DNA from: Eledone cirrhosa
Lineage: Eukaryota
Reading direction: 5' to 3'
DNA: 64,000 nucleotides
Assembly (NCBI GenBank): GCA_964016885.1
Contig: CAXHJY010000991.1
Span: forward strand, 1-64,000
Shown: in pieces, positions 63,265 through 64,000 of the stretch
Numbering within the stretch: the first letter of the stretch is position 1
How the letters are laid out: each line of letters starts with the position of its first letter
Translations under genes and position numbers: made by a program
Notes under the pieces: model-generated
What the model saw: the letters and a program-made list of their open reading frames with translations, nothing else
The model's database searches: none
Told to the model about the DNA's origin: nothing

Positions 63265-63716
63265 CTATGGTGAAAGAAGTTATATGGTGGACGAGGTTGA
63301 GAGGACTGAGGACAGATGCCTTTCTCTCCGGACAACAATTGATTCCCTTCTTTAAGTATCACTTTAGAAGGAGAATCAGGGTGGAGAGAGAGGCACTGCA
63401 CCCCAGTAAATTTACTGAAAGGTGGGTGAATGAAGCGAAAATGGCCCGAGTGATTGGGCCTTCTCTGTTTATAAGCCTGTAGGTTGAGGAAGAGAGCAAA
63501 AGGAAGAAAGGAGCACTTGCACAACACGCTCCTTGAGTTGAGGGTTGTTCTATCGACGGGGTATTAAACAACCCATTTGAGGCGCCTCCCCCTATTGGGG
63601 ATTTCGATTGTTGAAATTGTTTGTTTTTTATATTTTTTACACGACTGTATGTAAAATCCCCGGCATGTCTTTGTATTGTCCCTTTTCTTGTTGCGCCCTT
63701 GTGGCTAATAAAGAAA
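63261..63716 (+). mobile_element. 5'-truncated copy of a related Tx1 subfamily
   Basis: AMVKEVIWWTRLRGLR...LSGQQL..FFKYHF matches the ORF2 C-terminus. Ends AATAAAGAAA then TA/TATC. Confidence 0.9.
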
Positions 63717-63748
63717 TCTATATATATCTATCTATATATATATATATA

Positions 63749-63793
<45 letters not shown>

Positions 63794-63966
63794 ATATATA
63801 TCTATATATATATCTATATCTATATATATATCTATATCTATATATATATCTATATCTATATATATCTATCTATATATATCTATATATATATATATCTATA
63901 TATATCTATATCTATATATATCTATATATATCTATATCTATCTATATCTATATATATCTATATCTA

Positions 63967-63999
<33 letters not shown>

Positions 64000-64000
64000 C
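63717..64000. repeat. (TATC)/(TA)n microsatellite
   Basis: Directly visible. Confidence 0.95.

Overview
Eukaryotic, very AT-rich, gene-free window. The repeat content suggests an invertebrate, plausibly a cephalopod, but this is inference only. About half the window is interrupted (TA)n/(TATG)n/(TATC)n microsatellite, and nearly all the Y/I-rich ORFs are artefacts of it. The arrays host many mobile elements: two families of Penelope-like retroelements (PLEs; RT + GIY-YIG), a near-intact Tx1/L1-clade LINE, an internally deleted Helitron, CRE/RTE/CR1 LINE fragments and two tRNA-type SINEs. The most notable signal is a set of about 20 type I hammerhead ribozyme (HHR) motifs from about 9 sequence families, including U3-A8 and C4 core variants. 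They lie in PLE terminal repeats, in short non-coding foldback elements embedded in (TA)n, and in a 310-bp tandem 'retrozyme' array. All folds were read by eye, and no cleavage activity has been shown.
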